Shown: positions 1-9,656, counted from the first letter of the stretch. The stretch: 64,000 nt of DNA from Longimicrobiales bacterium (GCA_965238005.1 OZ250165.1:3808001-3872000); one strand, 5' to 3'. The notes: generated from the letters alone by a model not told the origin. Numbers and translations are program-made.

Positions 1-129
1 CCAACGATGGGCATCTTCGAGAACTTCTTCTTCAACCCGCTTGCGCTGGCGGTCAGCCTTCGCGGGCTGCTGACCCTTTTCGCGATCTGCTACCTCATTC
101 GCTCGTGCGGGTGCTGTCAATCCCGTGGC

Positions 130-255
130 GGTCGCTGCGGCAGAATATCGTGGAGCTACCTCAAAGAGTCGTCGATCTTCTGGTTCATTTCCTGGAGCAG
201 GGCGATGGGAAGCTTTCAAAGCGAGCTCGGATGAAGGAGTTTGGCCCCCTCACTG
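130..255 (+). pseudogene. C-terminal remnant of a Fic-family protein
   Basis: IVELPQRVVDLLVHFLEQGDGKLSKRARMKEFGPLT resembles the conserved C-terminal tail of long Fic proteins; no Fic motif upstream; the frame runs into a CCT repeat. Confidence 0.5.
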
Positions 256-275
256 CGCATTTCTACGCGGCAAGC

Positions 276-302
276 CCTCCTCCTCCTCCTCCTCCTCCTC
301 CA
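276..302. repeat. (CCT)n trinucleotide microsatellite
   Basis: About 9 tandem CCT units just beyond the queA stop codon. Confidence 0.85.
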
Positions 303-309
303 CCCCCCC

Positions 310-1446
310 TCACCCCACCACCATCGCATCCCCATACGAGTAGAACCGGTACCCCTCCCCGACCGCCTCCCCGTAAGCCTCCATCGTCCTCTCGTACCCG
401 CCGAACGCGGCCACCAGCATCAGGAGCGTCGACATTGGCAGGTGGAAGTTCGTAACGAGTCCGTCCACCACCTGAAACCGGTAGGCCGGCCGAACGAACA
501 GGTCCGTCACCCCGCCCCCCGCCCCCACGACCCCCTCGCGGGCTGCACTCTCGAGCGTGCGCACCACGGTGGTGCCCACCGCCCAGATGCGCCGCCCCGC
601 CGCCCGCGCGTCGTTGATCGCCCCCGCCGCCTCGCCCGGGATGCAGTAGCGCTCGGCGTGCATCTCGTGCTCGGCGGGATCGTCCACCTCCACGGGTCGG
701 AACGTCCCCACCCCCACGTCCAGCGTGACGGCCACCCGCTCCACCCCCTTCGCCTCGATTTCGTCCAGCAGCTCGAGCGTGAAGTGCAGCCCCGCCGTGG
801 GTGCCGCCACCGACCCGGGCACCCGGGCGTACACGGTCTGGTACCGCTCGCGGTCCAGCGGCTCGTCTTCCCGCTCCAGGTAGGGGGGCAGAGGCACGTG
901 GCCGTGCTTCCCGAGCGCCTCCCGCACCGACCCTTCCACCACGAGCCGCACGATCCGGCCGCCCCCGGGCGCCCCATCCACGATCTCGACGTCGAATCCC
1001 GGGGCGACATGCACCAGCCGCCCCGGCTTCAGCTTCCCGCCAGGACGAACCAGCGCCTCCCACAACGTCGCCTCCGCGCCGTCGACCTCGTCGCCCCCAC
1101 CCGGAGTGGAGGACTCCGCCATATCGAGCGCCGAGGCGCCGCCGCCACCAGCCCACGGCCGCAGCAACAGGATCTCCGAAGGCGCTCCTGTCGGCTTCCA
1201 CCCCAGTAACCGTGCCGGAGCCACCCGGCTCTCGTTCACGACAAGAACGTCACCGGGAGCCAGAAGATTTACGAGGTCGGAGAAGTGCCGGTGCTCGAAC
1301 GGCCCGCCATCCCGGGGCACCACGAGCAGCCGGCTCTGGTCCCTACGCTCCGTGGGGCATCGGGCGATCCGCCCCGGGGGAAGCTCATACTCATAGTCCG
1401 AGACCCGCGTCCCGTCCTTCACTCGCCGATCCGACCCCGGACTCAT
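310..1446 (-). CDS. queA: S-adenosylmethionine:tRNA ribosyltransferase-isomerase
   Basis: DYEYELP, GHVPLPPY, RYQTVYA, GSVAAPTAGLHFT, TNFHLP, YRFYSYGDAM motifs. Confidence 0.97.
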   Translation of the reverse strand: MSPGSDRRVKDGTRVSDYEYELPPGRIARCPTERRDQSRLLVVPRDGGPFEHRHFSDLVNLLAPGDVLVVNESRVAPARLLGWKPTGAPSEILLLRPWAGGGGASALDMAESSTPGGGDEVDGAEATLWEALVRPGGKLKPGRLVHVAPGFDVEIVDGAPGGGRIVRLVVEGSVREALGKHGHVPLPPYLEREDEPLDRERYQTVYARVPGSVAAPTAGLHFTLELLDEIEAKGVERVAVTLDVGVGTFRPVEVDDPAEHEMHAERYCIPGEAAGAINDARAAGRRIWAVGTTVVRTLESAAREGVVGAGGGVTDLFVRPAYRFQVVDGLVTNFHLPMSTLLMLVAAFGGYERTMEAYGEAVGEGYRFYSYGDAMVVG

Positions 1447-1520
1447 GCGCCTACGTCACGTCTCAAAGGCACACCGAAGCGCCCGGCCACCCCCGCGCCC
1501 GACCGCCGATCGGGACAGCA

Positions 1521-1666
1521 AAGCGCTCCCGCGTTTCCGCGGAAACGTCCACGCGCCCTCGCACCAAGCGGACACCAGCTTCCGCGCGCCCACCGCCAAC
1601 GTCCGACCGCCCGTCCAAGATCGCCCAAATCCACATCGAAGCGCCCCCGCGTTTCCGCGGAAACGC
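1521..1666. repeat. Two direct copies of a 27-bp unit containing the perfect palindrome CGTTTCCGCGGAAACG (parS/NBS-like)
   Basis: aagcgc(t/c)cccgcgtttccgcggaaacg at 1521-1547 and 1639-1665 in the ruvB-queA spacer. Confidence 0.85.
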
Positions 1667-1691
1667 CCAGCCACGCTCGACGGACCCCCGC

Positions 1692-2735
1692 TCAGTCGAA
1701 CAACGACGACTGCCCACCGCCCACCCCATCCTGGCGCGGCGCCTCATACCCAAACCGCTTGTACGCCCGCAAGGTCGCCACCCGCCCCCGCGGCGTCCGC
1801 TTGATAAATCCCTCCTGAATCAGGAACGGCTCGTAGACCTCCTCCAGCGTGGAGACATCCTCCCCCAGCGCCACGGCCAGGGTCTGGAGCCCCACCGGTC
1901 CGCCCTCGAACTTCTCGATGAGCGTCTTGAGCACCCGCCCGTCCATCTCGTCCAGGCCGTACTGGTCCACTTCGAGCATGTACAAGGCTTCCTCGGCCAC
2001 GGCCTTGGTGATGACGCCATCGGCCTTCACCTGCGCGAAGTCCCGCACCCGGCGGAGCAGGCGGTTGGCCACCCGGGGCGTCCCCCTGGACCGGCGTGCC
2101 AGAATCTGGGCTCCCTCCGTCGAGCACTCCACGCCCAGGATCTCGGAGCTCCGGGCCACGATCACGGCCAGCTCCTCCGGCGGATAGAAGTTCAGGCGCT
2201 GGATGATGCCGAAGCGGGCCCGCATGGGCGCGGTGAGGAGCCCGAAGCGGGTGGTGGCCCCTACGAGCGTGAACTTCTCGATGTCCATGGTCATGGTCTG
2301 GGCTCGGGGCCCGTCGGCCAGGCGGATCTCCACCCGCCAGTCTTCCATGGCGGGGTACAGGAACTCCTCGATGATGGGCCGGAGGCGGTGCATCTCGTCG
2401 ATGAGGATGACGTCCCCTTCCTGCTGGTTGGTGAGCATGCCCACCAGGTCCGCGGGCTTCTCCAGAACGGGCCCCGACGTGCTCTTGAAGCTCACTCCCA
2501 TCTCGCGGGCGATGAGGGACGCCAGTGTGGTCTTCCCAAGCCCGGGCGGGCCGTGGAAGAGAAGGTGGTCCAGGGGCTCCCGGCGCTGCCTCGCGGCCTC
2601 GATGGCGATCGACAGCGTTTCCCGGATCTTGTCCTGGCCGATGAATTCGTCCAGGCGCTGAGGCCGGAGAGACGGCTCGGCAACGGCGTCTTCCTGAAGC
2701 GCCTCGGGCGTGGTGATCTCGTGTCGCTCTGTCAT
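1692..2735 (-). CDS. ruvB: Holliday junction branch migration helicase RuvB
   Basis: [51 protein letters not shown]. Confidence 0.98.
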   Translation of the reverse strand: MTERHEITTPEALQEDAVAEPSLRPQRLDEFIGQDKIRETLSIAIEAARQRREPLDHLLFHGPPGLGKTTLASLIAREMGVSFKSTSGPVLEKPADLVGMLTNQQEGDVILIDEMHRLRPIIEEFLYPAMEDWRVEIRLADGPRAQTMTMDIEKFTLVGATTRFGLLTAPMRARFGIIQRLNFYPPEELAVIVARSSEILGVECSTEGAQILARRSRGTPRVANRLLRRVRDFAQVKADGVITKAVAEEALYMLEVDQYGLDEMDGRVLKTLIEKFEGGPVGLQTLAVALGEDVSTLEEVYEPFLIQEGFIKRTPRGRVATLRAYKRFGYEAPRQDGVGGGQSSLFD

Positions 2736-2795
2736 CGTCCCTCTGTCATCGTCCCTCGGTCATCGTCTTTCCGTCATAGCGCCGCTCATCGTCAC
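2728..2795. repeat. Degenerate 14-bp tandem repeat of the ruvB start region
   Basis: tctgtcatcgtccc twice plus three degenerate copies; on the minus strand each carries an ATG (2735, 2749, 2763, 2777, 2789). Confidence 0.8.
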
Positions 2796-3382
2796 CTCTT
2801 CGCCAATGCCCGCCGGATCAGATCGTCGGTGCTTCCGGCGTCACCGTCGGCCAGAGCGCCCCGAACCGCCGCGTCCGCATCCACGAATGCGTACCCCAGA
2901 GCCACCAGGGCCGCCACCGCCTCCTGGGCACCGGGCGCCGGGCCTCCCGGCTCGCCCTCGGGCCCGATGGCCAGGTCCTCCACCTTGTCGGCCAACTCGA
3001 GGATGATGCGCTCGGCGGTCTTCTTCCCCACCCCGCTCACCTGCTTCAGGGCGTTCACGTCCTTCTCGGCCAGGGCCTTGGCCAGGCGTCGGGCCGAGTA
3101 GGTGGAGAGCATGGCCAGGGCCACCTTGGGTCCCACCCCGGACGCGCCCAGGAGCCGGGCGAAGAGCTCGCGCTCGAAGGCCTCGATGAACCCGTAGAGC
3201 GTCAGGGACTCCTCCCGGACCACCTGGAGGGTGCGGATCTCGAAGTCGTCGGCCGGCGGCTTGGGCAGCCGCTCCAGGATGGAGAGCGGGATCTGCACCT
3301 CGTAGACGACGCCCCCGACCGTCTCCACTTCGATGTGGTCGAGCTCCCGGGAGACGAGCCTCCCCCTGAGACGGCTGATCAA
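2792..3382 (-). CDS. ruvA: Holliday junction branch migration protein RuvA
   Basis: TTG start overlapping ruvC stop; MISRLRG, LYGF, SGVGPKVAL, SGVGKKTAERIILEL, AL.ALGY. Confidence 0.96.
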   Translation of the reverse strand: MISRLRGRLVSRELDHIEVETVGGVVYEVQIPLSILERLPKPPADDFEIRTLQVVREESLTLYGFIEAFERELFARLLGASGVGPKVALAMLSTYSARRLAKALAEKDVNALKQVSGVGKKTAERIILELADKVEDLAIGPEGEPGGPAPGAQEAVAALVALGYAFVDADAAVRGALADGDAGSTDDLIRRALAKR

Positions 3383-3870
3383 ACCCTCAGCGCTCCCATG
3401 ACGCAGTGGCACAGCGCGGCGGCTACGCCGTCGGCCGCGTCGGACGGCGTGGGAACCGTCTTGAGCCGGAGCTGTTGCTGCACCATGAAGCCCACCTGGT
3501 CCTTGGTCGCGTTCCCGTTCCCCACCACGGCCTTCTTGATCTCCCGGGGCGTGTATTCGGCGATGGGAATCTCGTGGAGCGCCGCGGCCAGGAGAATGGC
3601 GCCCCTTGCGTGTCCCAGGGTGAGGGCGCTCTTCACGTTCTTCCCCTGGAAAACGTCCTCCACCACCATCACCGCCGGCGTGAACCGGTCGATGAGCTCG
3701 CCGACCTCGACGAAGATCTCCCTGATCCTGACCGCAAGCGGCTGACCCGGCGACGTCCTCACCACGCCGCACTCCACCAACGCAAGAGCGCTGCCGCCCG
3801 TCCTGGCGACAACGCCGTAGCCCGTGACGGCCGTTCCCGGATCGATTCCCAGTATCAGCTCGGCGTCCAC
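3379..3870 (-). CDS. ruvC: Holliday junction resolvase RuvC
   Basis: ILGIDPG..TGYGV, LGHARG, EYTP..IKKAVVG.G.A.K.QV, DAADG.A.A. Confidence 0.97.
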   Translation of the reverse strand: MDAELILGIDPGTAVTGYGVVARTGGSALALVECGVVRTSPGQPLAVRIREIFVEVGELIDRFTPAVMVVEDVFQGKNVKSALTLGHARGAILLAAALHEIPIAEYTPREIKKAVVGNGNATKDQVGFMVQQQLRLKTVPTPSDAADGVAAALCHCVMGALRV

Positions 3871-3884
3871 CTAGTGTCCTACCG

Positions 3885-4631
3885 TCACATGGCCTGGGCG
3901 AGGATCTCTTCGTCGATGTCGGCGTTGGACGAGACCTGCTGGACATCGTCGCAGTCCTCCAGGGCGTCCACCAGCTTGATGAGCTTCTCGGCGTCCTTCC
4001 CCTCCACCCTGACCTCGTTCTGGGGCACCCAATGGAGCTCAGCGCGCTCGAACTCGACGCCAGCGGCCTTCATGCCTTCCTGCACCTCGTGGAACGCCGT
4101 GGCTTCCGCGGTCACTACGAACTCATCGCCCTCGTCGCTGACGTCGTCGGCCCCGGCCTCGATGGCCGCCTCGAAGACCGCGTCTTCGGTATGGCGGCTC
4201 GCGTCCACGTAGATCTGGCCCTTCCGATGGAACTGCCACGCCACGGAGCCCGTGGTCCCCAGGCTCCCGCTGTGCTTGGACAGGATGTGGCGCACGTCGG
4301 CCACGGTCCGCTTCTGGTTGTCGGTGAGAGTCTCGATGTAGAGGGCCACGCCGGCCGGGCCGTAGCCCTCGTACGTCACCTCCTCGTAGGTCACGCCCTC
4401 TATCTCGCCGGTGCCCTTCTTGATGGCCCGGGTGATGTTGTCGGTGGGCATGTTGCCGGCCTTGGCGTTGTCCACAGCCAGGCGCAGGCGCGGGTTGAAG
4501 TTGGGGTCTCCTCCGTCGTCCCGGGCAGCCACCGTGATCTCACGGATCAGCTTGGTGAACATCTTTCCGCGCTTGGCGTCCGTAGCCGCCTTCTTGCGCT
4601 TGATGGTGGCCCACTTGCTGTGTCCAGACAC
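3885..4631 (-). CDS. yebC: YebC/PmpR family protein
   Basis: GTG start after GGAGGAG; SGHSKW..IKRKK, NPRLR, YEGYGP.G, TDN..RT. Confidence 0.96.
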   Translation of the reverse strand: MSGHSKWATIKRKKAATDAKRGKMFTKLIREITVAARDDGGDPNFNPRLRLAVDNAKAGNMPTDNITRAIKKGTGEIEGVTYEEVTYEGYGPAGVALYIETLTDNQKRTVADVRHILSKHSGSLGTTGSVAWQFHRKGQIYVDASRHTEDAVFEAAIEAGADDVSDEGDEFVVTAEATAFHEVQEGMKAAGVEFERAELHWVPQNEVRVEGKDAEKLIKLVDALEDCDDVQQVSSNADIDEEILAQAM

Positions 4632-4666
4632 GGTACTCCTCCCGACTGCTTTCCAGATTGGGGGCG

Positions 4667-6766
4667 CTAGTGGGCCTCCGCCTCCTCCTTCGTGGCCGCG
4701 ATCACCTTCGAGACCTCGTGCGCTGGCACGGGCCGGTACCCCGAGAAGGTCCGGGTGTGATGGGCCCTGCCCTGCGTGATGGCGCGAAGCGACGTAGCGT
4801 ACTTGTAGAGCTCCGCCTCGGGCACGAGCGCCCTCACCGTGGTGCGGCCGTCCACGGGATCCATCCCCAGGACCTTGCCGCGACGCTGGTTCATGTCGCT
4901 CATGATGTCGCCCACGTAGTCGTCGGGCGTGGTCACGGCCACCTCGGTGATGGGCTCGAGGATCACCGGGGCGCAGTCCGCCGCCACCTTCTTGAAGGCG
5001 GAGGAGCCGGCCAGCTTGAAGGCGATGTCGCTCGAGTCCACCGCATGGTAGGAGCCGTCGTAGCACTCCGCCTCGAAGTCCACCACGGGGAAGCCCGCCA
5101 GCACCCCGCGCCCGGCCGCTTCCTTGATGCCCTTGTCCACGCTGGGGACGTACTTCGTGGGGATGACCCCGCCCTTGATGGAGTTCTTGAACTCGTAGCC
5201 CTCGCCCCGGGGGCGGGGCTTCAGGCGGATCCAGCAGTCGCCGAACTGGCCTCGGCCACCCGACTGCTTCTTGTGACGGCCCTGGCCCTGGGCGCCCTTC
5301 GTGATGGTCTCACGGTAGGGGATCTTGGGCTGCTCGGTCTCCACCGAGACCCCGTACTTGCGCTTCATGCGCTCGATCTGGACGTCCAGGTGCAGCTCGC
5401 CCAGCCCCCGGGCGATGGTCTGGCCCAGCTCCGGGTTGAACTCGGCCACGAAGGTCGGGTCCTCCTCGTGGAGCCTGGGCAGCACCTCGCCCAGCTTGTC
5501 CTCGTCGTGCCGGGCCGTGCCCCGGATCGCCACGGCGATGTCGGGCTGCGGCAGCTCGATCTTCTCCAGGACCACCGGGCGAGACGGGTCAGTAAGGGTG
5601 TCGTTCGTGTGCGAGTTCTTGAGCTTCGCCACGACCCCGATGTCGCCCGCGTGGAGTCTCGGCACCTCGGCCCTCTCCTTGCCCAGGGCGATGGAGAGGT
5701 GGCTCAGCTTCTCCGCGCTTCCCCGCTCCCCGTTCTTGACCTCGGCCCCGTTGGCCACGCTGCCGCTCACCACCCGGAAGTAGGAGAGCTCACCCACCTG
5801 GGGCTCGGAAGCCGTCTTGAAGATGAGCGCCGAAAAGGTCTCGTCGTCGGAGGGAGAGAGGTGGACCTCTTCATCCATGCCGGCCCTCCTAGCGATCTCG
5901 CCGCCAGTCTCGGCCGGGCTGGGGCAGAGCTGGACGAGCTTCTTGAGCAGTGCCTGCATTCCGTACGAGTGCTCGGCCGAGCCGCAGAAGACGGGGACCA
6001 CGTCACCGCGGGCGACGCCCAGGGCCATGGCCTCGATGGCCTCTTCCCGGGTGATCTTCTCGCCCTCGAGGTAACGCTCGAGGAGGTCTTCGTTGGTGGT
6101 GGCCAGGGTCTCCTGAAGTTCCGTCTCCCACTCCTCGAACTTGGCCTGTAGCTCCTCGGGGATGTCGGCCTCGTCGTACTCGCCCTTCTCGGTGCCCTTC
6201 CTGTAGATGTGGGCGCGCTCGCTGAAGAGGTTGATGATGCCGCGGAAGTCGGGGCCCTCGCCGATGGGGATCTCCACCGGGACCACCTTCTGGGTCAGGC
6301 GGGACTTGATCTCGCTGTAGACCCGGTCGAAAGAGGCGTGCTCCTTGTCCATCATGGAGACGAAAAAGAACCGGGGGATGCCCCGGTTTTCCACGTACTC
6401 CCAGACCGTCTCCGTGCCCACCTCCACGCCGGAGGTGGAGCTGACGACAATGACCGCGGAGTCGGCGACGCGGACGGCGGACAGCGTCTCGCCCACGAAG
6501 TCCATGAACCCGGGCGTATCCAGGAGGTTGACCTTGGTGCCCATGTGCTCGCAGTACGCCGGCGTGCACTGCAGGGACATCTCGTGGGCAGCCTCTTCGG
6601 GCGTGTACATGGTGAGGGCGTTACCCTCGTCCACGTTGCCCTTGCGCTTCGAGGTCCCCGCCGTGTAGCAGAGGGAGTCGATGAGGCTGGTCTTGCCGGC
6701 TCCGCCGTGGCCCAGGACCACGACGTTCCTGATGTTGTCCGTCGCATACTCTCTGGCGGACGCCAT
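4667..6766 (-). CDS. Elongation factor G-like protein (EF-G2 type)
   Basis: GHGGAGKT, DTPG, GLGELHL, HKKQSGGRGQFG, DGSYH.VDSS; not in an str operon; degenerate switch I, G3 and G4 motifs. Confidence 0.9.
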   Translation of the reverse strand: MASAREYATDNIRNVVVLGHGGAGKTSLIDSLCYTAGTSKRKGNVDEGNALTMYTPEEAAHEMSLQCTPAYCEHMGTKVNLLDTPGFMDFVGETLSAVRVADSAVIVVSSTSGVEVGTETVWEYVENRGIPRFFFVSMMDKEHASFDRVYSEIKSRLTQKVVPVEIPIGEGPDFRGIINLFSERAHIYRKGTEKGEYDEADIPEELQAKFEEWETELQETLATTNEDLLERYLEGEKITREEAIEAMALGVARGDVVPVFCGSAEHSYGMQALLKKLVQLCPSPAETGGEIARRAGMDEEVHLSPSDDETFSALIFKTASEPQVGELSYFRVVSGSVANGAEVKNGERGSAEKLSHLSIALGKERAEVPRLHAGDIGVVAKLKNSHTNDTLTDPSRPVVLEKIELPQPDIAVAIRGTARHDEDKLGEVLPRLHEEDPTFVAEFNPELGQTIARGLGELHLDVQIERMKRKYGVSVETEQPKIPYRETITKGAQGQGRHKKQSGGRGQFGDCWIRLKPRPRGEGYEFKNSIKGGVIPTKYVPSVDKGIKEAAGRGVLAGFPVVDFEAECYDGSYHAVDSSDIAFKLAGSSAFKKVAADCAPVILEPITEVAVTTPDDYVGDIMSDMNQRRGKVLGMDPVDGRTTVRALVPEAELYKYATSLRAITQGRAHHTRTFSGYRPVPAHEVSKVIAATKEEAEAH

Positions 6767-6857
6767 GAACACCTCCTGTCTGAATCTGGTTCGTTAGGGT
6801 CTTGTCTCTTGTCGGGGACGGTGATTGTAGGCCGAGGGGCCCAACGCGTCCAGATCG

Positions 6858-6890
6858 AATTCGCCCGGCGGTACAATTCGCCCGGCGGTA
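6858..6890. repeat. 16-bp direct repeat (period 17) upstream of the EF-G-like gene
   Basis: aattcgcccggcggta at 6858-6873 and 6875-6890. Confidence 0.8.
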
Positions 6891-6951
6891 GTGGGACCGA
6901 AGATGTCTACGGTCTCGGAAGGCGAGACCTCAGTGATCGGGCGGAGCCCGC

Positions 6952-7782
6952 TCAGTTCGTGCGGTGTTTCTTGGAGACCTCATCGAGAAGCTTTCTCTCG
7001 TCTTCCGTGAGTGAGCCCATCCCCTCGGCAGAGATCTTGTCCAGGACCCTGTCGACCGCATCCAACATCGTGTTCTCTCTCACCTCGGCCTCCGCGTCAC
7101 GTCCTCGACGCCGTCCGCTGGCCTTGTCCTCGCTCTCGTCCCGGGGCACAATGGCGAAGCGTCTGGCCCGGGCGGCCCTGCCCATCTTCTGAATCTGCTC
7201 CGCCGCCTTCCAGTCGGTCTGCAGGTAGAGGAAGCCGGTGATGAAGCCACCCAGGTGGGCGAAGTACGCCACGCCGCCGGCTGCTCCCCCGAACGCGCTG
7301 GAGAAGGTCACGACGAAGAGGAACGCCACCAGCCACTTGGCCTTCACGGGGAAGATGCCCCAGACGTAGATGGGCGCCTCAGGCCACGTCATGGCGAAGG
7401 CCAGCATGATGCCGTAGACCGCCGCCGACGCGCCTATGATGGAGTAGGAGACGAAGAAGAAGCTGAGGGCGACGCCCCCGAGCCCGCAGATCATGTAGTA
7501 CTTGATGAACTCCCTCGATCCCCACTTGGACTCGAGGGGAGGCCCGAAGAAGAACAGCACCAGCATGTTCATGAAGAGATGCCAGAAGTCGCCGTGGAGG
7601 AACATGTATGTCACGGCGCCCCAGGGGCGGAGCAGCACCTCGGAGGGCTGGAAGGAGAACCAGTTGAAGACGAAGTTGCGGCCGACGATCCAGGTCAGGA
7701 TGAAGACGACGGTATTGGCGATCAGCAGCCGCTTGACCCACGGTGTCAACCGATAGCTGAGATTCATACTGCCGCCGGCCAC
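6952..7782 (-). CDS. Rhomboid family intramembrane serine protease with soluble C-terminal tail
   Basis: TYMFLH..FWHLFMNM, GASAAVYG catalytic Ser, AHLGG catalytic His; tail VDRVLDKIS..G..SLT..E. Confidence 0.93.
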   Translation of the reverse strand: MAGGSMNLSYRLTPWVKRLLIANTVVFILTWIVGRNFVFNWFSFQPSEVLLRPWGAVTYMFLHGDFWHLFMNMLVLFFFGPPLESKWGSREFIKYYMICGLGGVALSFFFVSYSIIGASAAVYGIMLAFAMTWPEAPIYVWGIFPVKAKWLVAFLFVVTFSSAFGGAAGGVAYFAHLGGFITGFLYLQTDWKAAEQIQKMGRAARARRFAIVPRDESEDKASGRRRGRDAEAEVRENTMLDAVDRVLDKISAEGMGSLTEDERKLLDEVSKKHRTN

Positions 7783-7825
7783 GTACCCCCCTACTTCTCA
7801 CAAGCACTTCTCCAACATACGACGA

Positions 7826-8000
7826 AAAAAAAAGATCCCGCCCTGCCATCCTGATTTCAAACCCCGGTTCAGGCAAGCAGGTTCCGTAGGGGGGGCGCCT
7901 CCGTCGCGTTTTGGGGACCACCTCCTGGACAACTCGTCGAGCACGTTTGCATAGCTCTGAAGGTTGAACGCAGCGGCCTTCTTGGACGGCCCGTAAGAGA
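7826..8000 (-). ncRNA. Candidate 6S-like structured RNA
   Basis: About 170 nt intergenic; 5' GCCGUCC pairs with 3' GGAUGGC, UUCAACC with GGUUUGAA; GGCGCCCCCC...GGGGUUUGAAA...GGCA layout recalls 6S 3' halves; ends in a U-run. Confidence 0.4.
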
Positions 8001-8058
8001 GCCCTCGCTGGCACGCCTCTGAGCTACCCCGCATCTTGGGGTCCATGTCCGATCCCAT

Positions 8059-8115
8059 CACCCGGCCGGGAACGGCGACGCCGCATGGTTCCCGGACGGG
8101 ACGAAGATCGCCTTG
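8059..8115 (+). pseudogene. Remnant of a TolB-like (PD40) beta-propeller repeat
   Basis: HPAGNGDAAWFPDGTKIAL matches the W.PDG.KIA repeat motif; no intact gene around it. Confidence 0.45.
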
Positions 8116-8168
8116 GCCGCGCTTGGCCTGCTGTCTTGCGGTTCTACCGGCCCGGAGGAGCTCCGACT

Positions 8169-8465
8169 ATGACAACGCTGCCAACCGACCTCCGACTCGG
8201 TGTCCGGATGTTGGTGAAACACCGAGATACAACCATCATCGCCGTCATGGCGCTCAGCTTGGGCATCGGTCTGACCATCGGATTGGGAATCGCGGCCGGA
8301 CTCTCCCGGATGATCGAGTTCCTTCTCCGCGGGGTCGAGCCGTGGGACCCCGCCATCTTCGTAATAATCGTCCTGATCCTAAGGCTTGTCGGTCTGCTGG
8401 CGTGCTTAGTACCGGCCCAGCGCACGGCGCGCGTCGATCCAATGGACGCATTGAGATATGATTGA
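8169..8465 (+). pseudogene. Internally deleted ADOP/MacB-type ABC permease (N-terminus joined in frame to C-terminus)
   Basis: RBS GGAGGAG; DLRLGVRMLVK...ALSLGIG N-terminal motif joined to GVEPWDP...ACLVPAQRTARVDPMDALR C-terminal motif in only 98 aa. Confidence 0.75.
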
Positions 8466-8487
8466 AGCGCCACCCGGTTGCCGCACG

Positions 8488-9420
8488 ATGAATCGCTTGC
8501 GATCCACAAGGCATGACTGGGTCCGTCACCTTTGCGTTGCGCCCGTGGTACTGGCGTTGTGTCTGCCCACGGGGGCGCGGGGCCAGTCCGCGACGAACGT
8601 CGACTCCGTCTCGACGCCCTATGGCGTCCATCCTGATCGTTTCTATCCCGATTATCGGAAAGGGCGCGAGATCACCCTGTCGGGAATGGGCGCCGGCTTC
8701 CTGGTCACCGGCCTACTCGTGCCAGTCGATGATCGGGAGGTGCCGGCGCAGGGGTTCGATGCGGCTGAGATTGCCTGGTCGGTGGACCGTGACATCGTTG
8801 GCAACAGCAGTCTTGATGCTGATGCGGCCAGTGACTGGACACGCACCGCGGCCCTCGTGTTTCCGTTCGTTTTGACCTTGGTCACCGGCCAGCCTGGCGA
8901 GCGTTGGCGTGGTTTCGCCCGCCGTAGCCTGGTCTATGCCGAGACAATTCTGATCCGGCAAGGGTTCACAAGCTTCACCAAGACGATGCTGGGCCGTGCC
9001 CGCCCGTATGCGTATCTGTCCGCAGAAGAACGTCCGGATGATTCCGCCTTCGACGTCTCAAGGGAGCGCACCTTCCACTCGATGCCGTCGGGGCACACGT
9101 CCGCGGCGTGGACAGGGGCAGCATTGGGGATGACGGAACACCTGCTGGGCCGTCCAGAAGCCGGCTGGCTCGAGCGCGCTGGCGTCGGCTTCCTGGGGGG
9201 CGCGTTGGCGGGTATGACCTCGGCGTTGCGCGTCGAGGCAGGCCAGCATTTCCCTGCGGATGTTGTGGCAGGCGCCGGTATCGGCATTGCGACCGGCGTA
9301 ACGGTTCCACTGCTTCATCGTGGCGAGCGACCGCTACCGTCGTCGAAAGCATGGGCGCAGATGATGGGGGGCGCGCTCGCCGGTACACTGCTGGGAGTCC
9401 TGGTGGCACAGGGATACTGA
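8488..9420 (+). CDS. PAP2 family membrane phosphatase
   Basis: K......RP, SMPSGH, R..AG.HF..DV motifs; start uncertain (8458 or 8488). Confidence 0.88.
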   Translation: MNRLRSTRHDWVRHLCVAPVVLALCLPTGARGQSATNVDSVSTPYGVHPDRFYPDYRKGREITLSGMGAGFLVTGLLVPVDDREVPAQGFDAAEIAWSVDRDIVGNSSLDADAASDWTRTAALVFPFVLTLVTGQPGERWRGFARRSLVYAETILIRQGFTSFTKTMLGRARPYAYLSAEERPDDSAFDVSRERTFHSMPSGHTSAAWTGAALGMTEHLLGRPEAGWLERAGVGFLGGALAGMTSALRVEAGQHFPADVVAGAGIGIATGVTVPLLHRGERPLPSSKAWAQMMGGALAGTLLGVLVAQGY

Positions 9421-9656
9421 ACGGCTCAGAGGACGACATCGGGAGATTCTCCCGATCCTTGCCGCTCTGGGGCGTGACGCGCATAATCGAGCAGGCGACG
9501 GCCATTTGGGCCGCGAGGCACTATTGCCGGAGTATCCGCCATGAATATCACGACGGAAGCGGCTCGCGTAGTGTGGTCCGCCGCGACGGTACCGTACCAG
9601 AAGACGAGCTCATTGGCTGGCGATAGAGCTTCCAGACCTCGGTTCCGGGTCCTGTA

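Noticed and set aside
7..234. 75-aa ORF at the window start
   Set aside because: No recognisable motif, and it overlaps the Fic-like remnant in another frame.
1521..1666. Mini CRISPR array
   Set aside because: Only two repeats, a spacer of about 90 bp, and no cas genes in the window.
801..3101. Long antisense or shadow ORFs (e.g. 801-3101, 37636-39768, 53775-55673)
   Set aside because: They overlap well-supported genes on the opposite strand, have no motifs, and are expected in GC-rich DNA.
3871..3880. ctagtgtcct between ruvC and yebC as another MITE end
   Set aside because: Too short, has no partner end, and the intergenic gap is only 14 bp.
7830..8070. tmRNA, RNase P or TPP riboswitch
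   Set aside because: No tRNA-like ends or tag peptide, no GAGGAAAGUCC, and no CUGAGA core; kept only as a 6S-like candidate.
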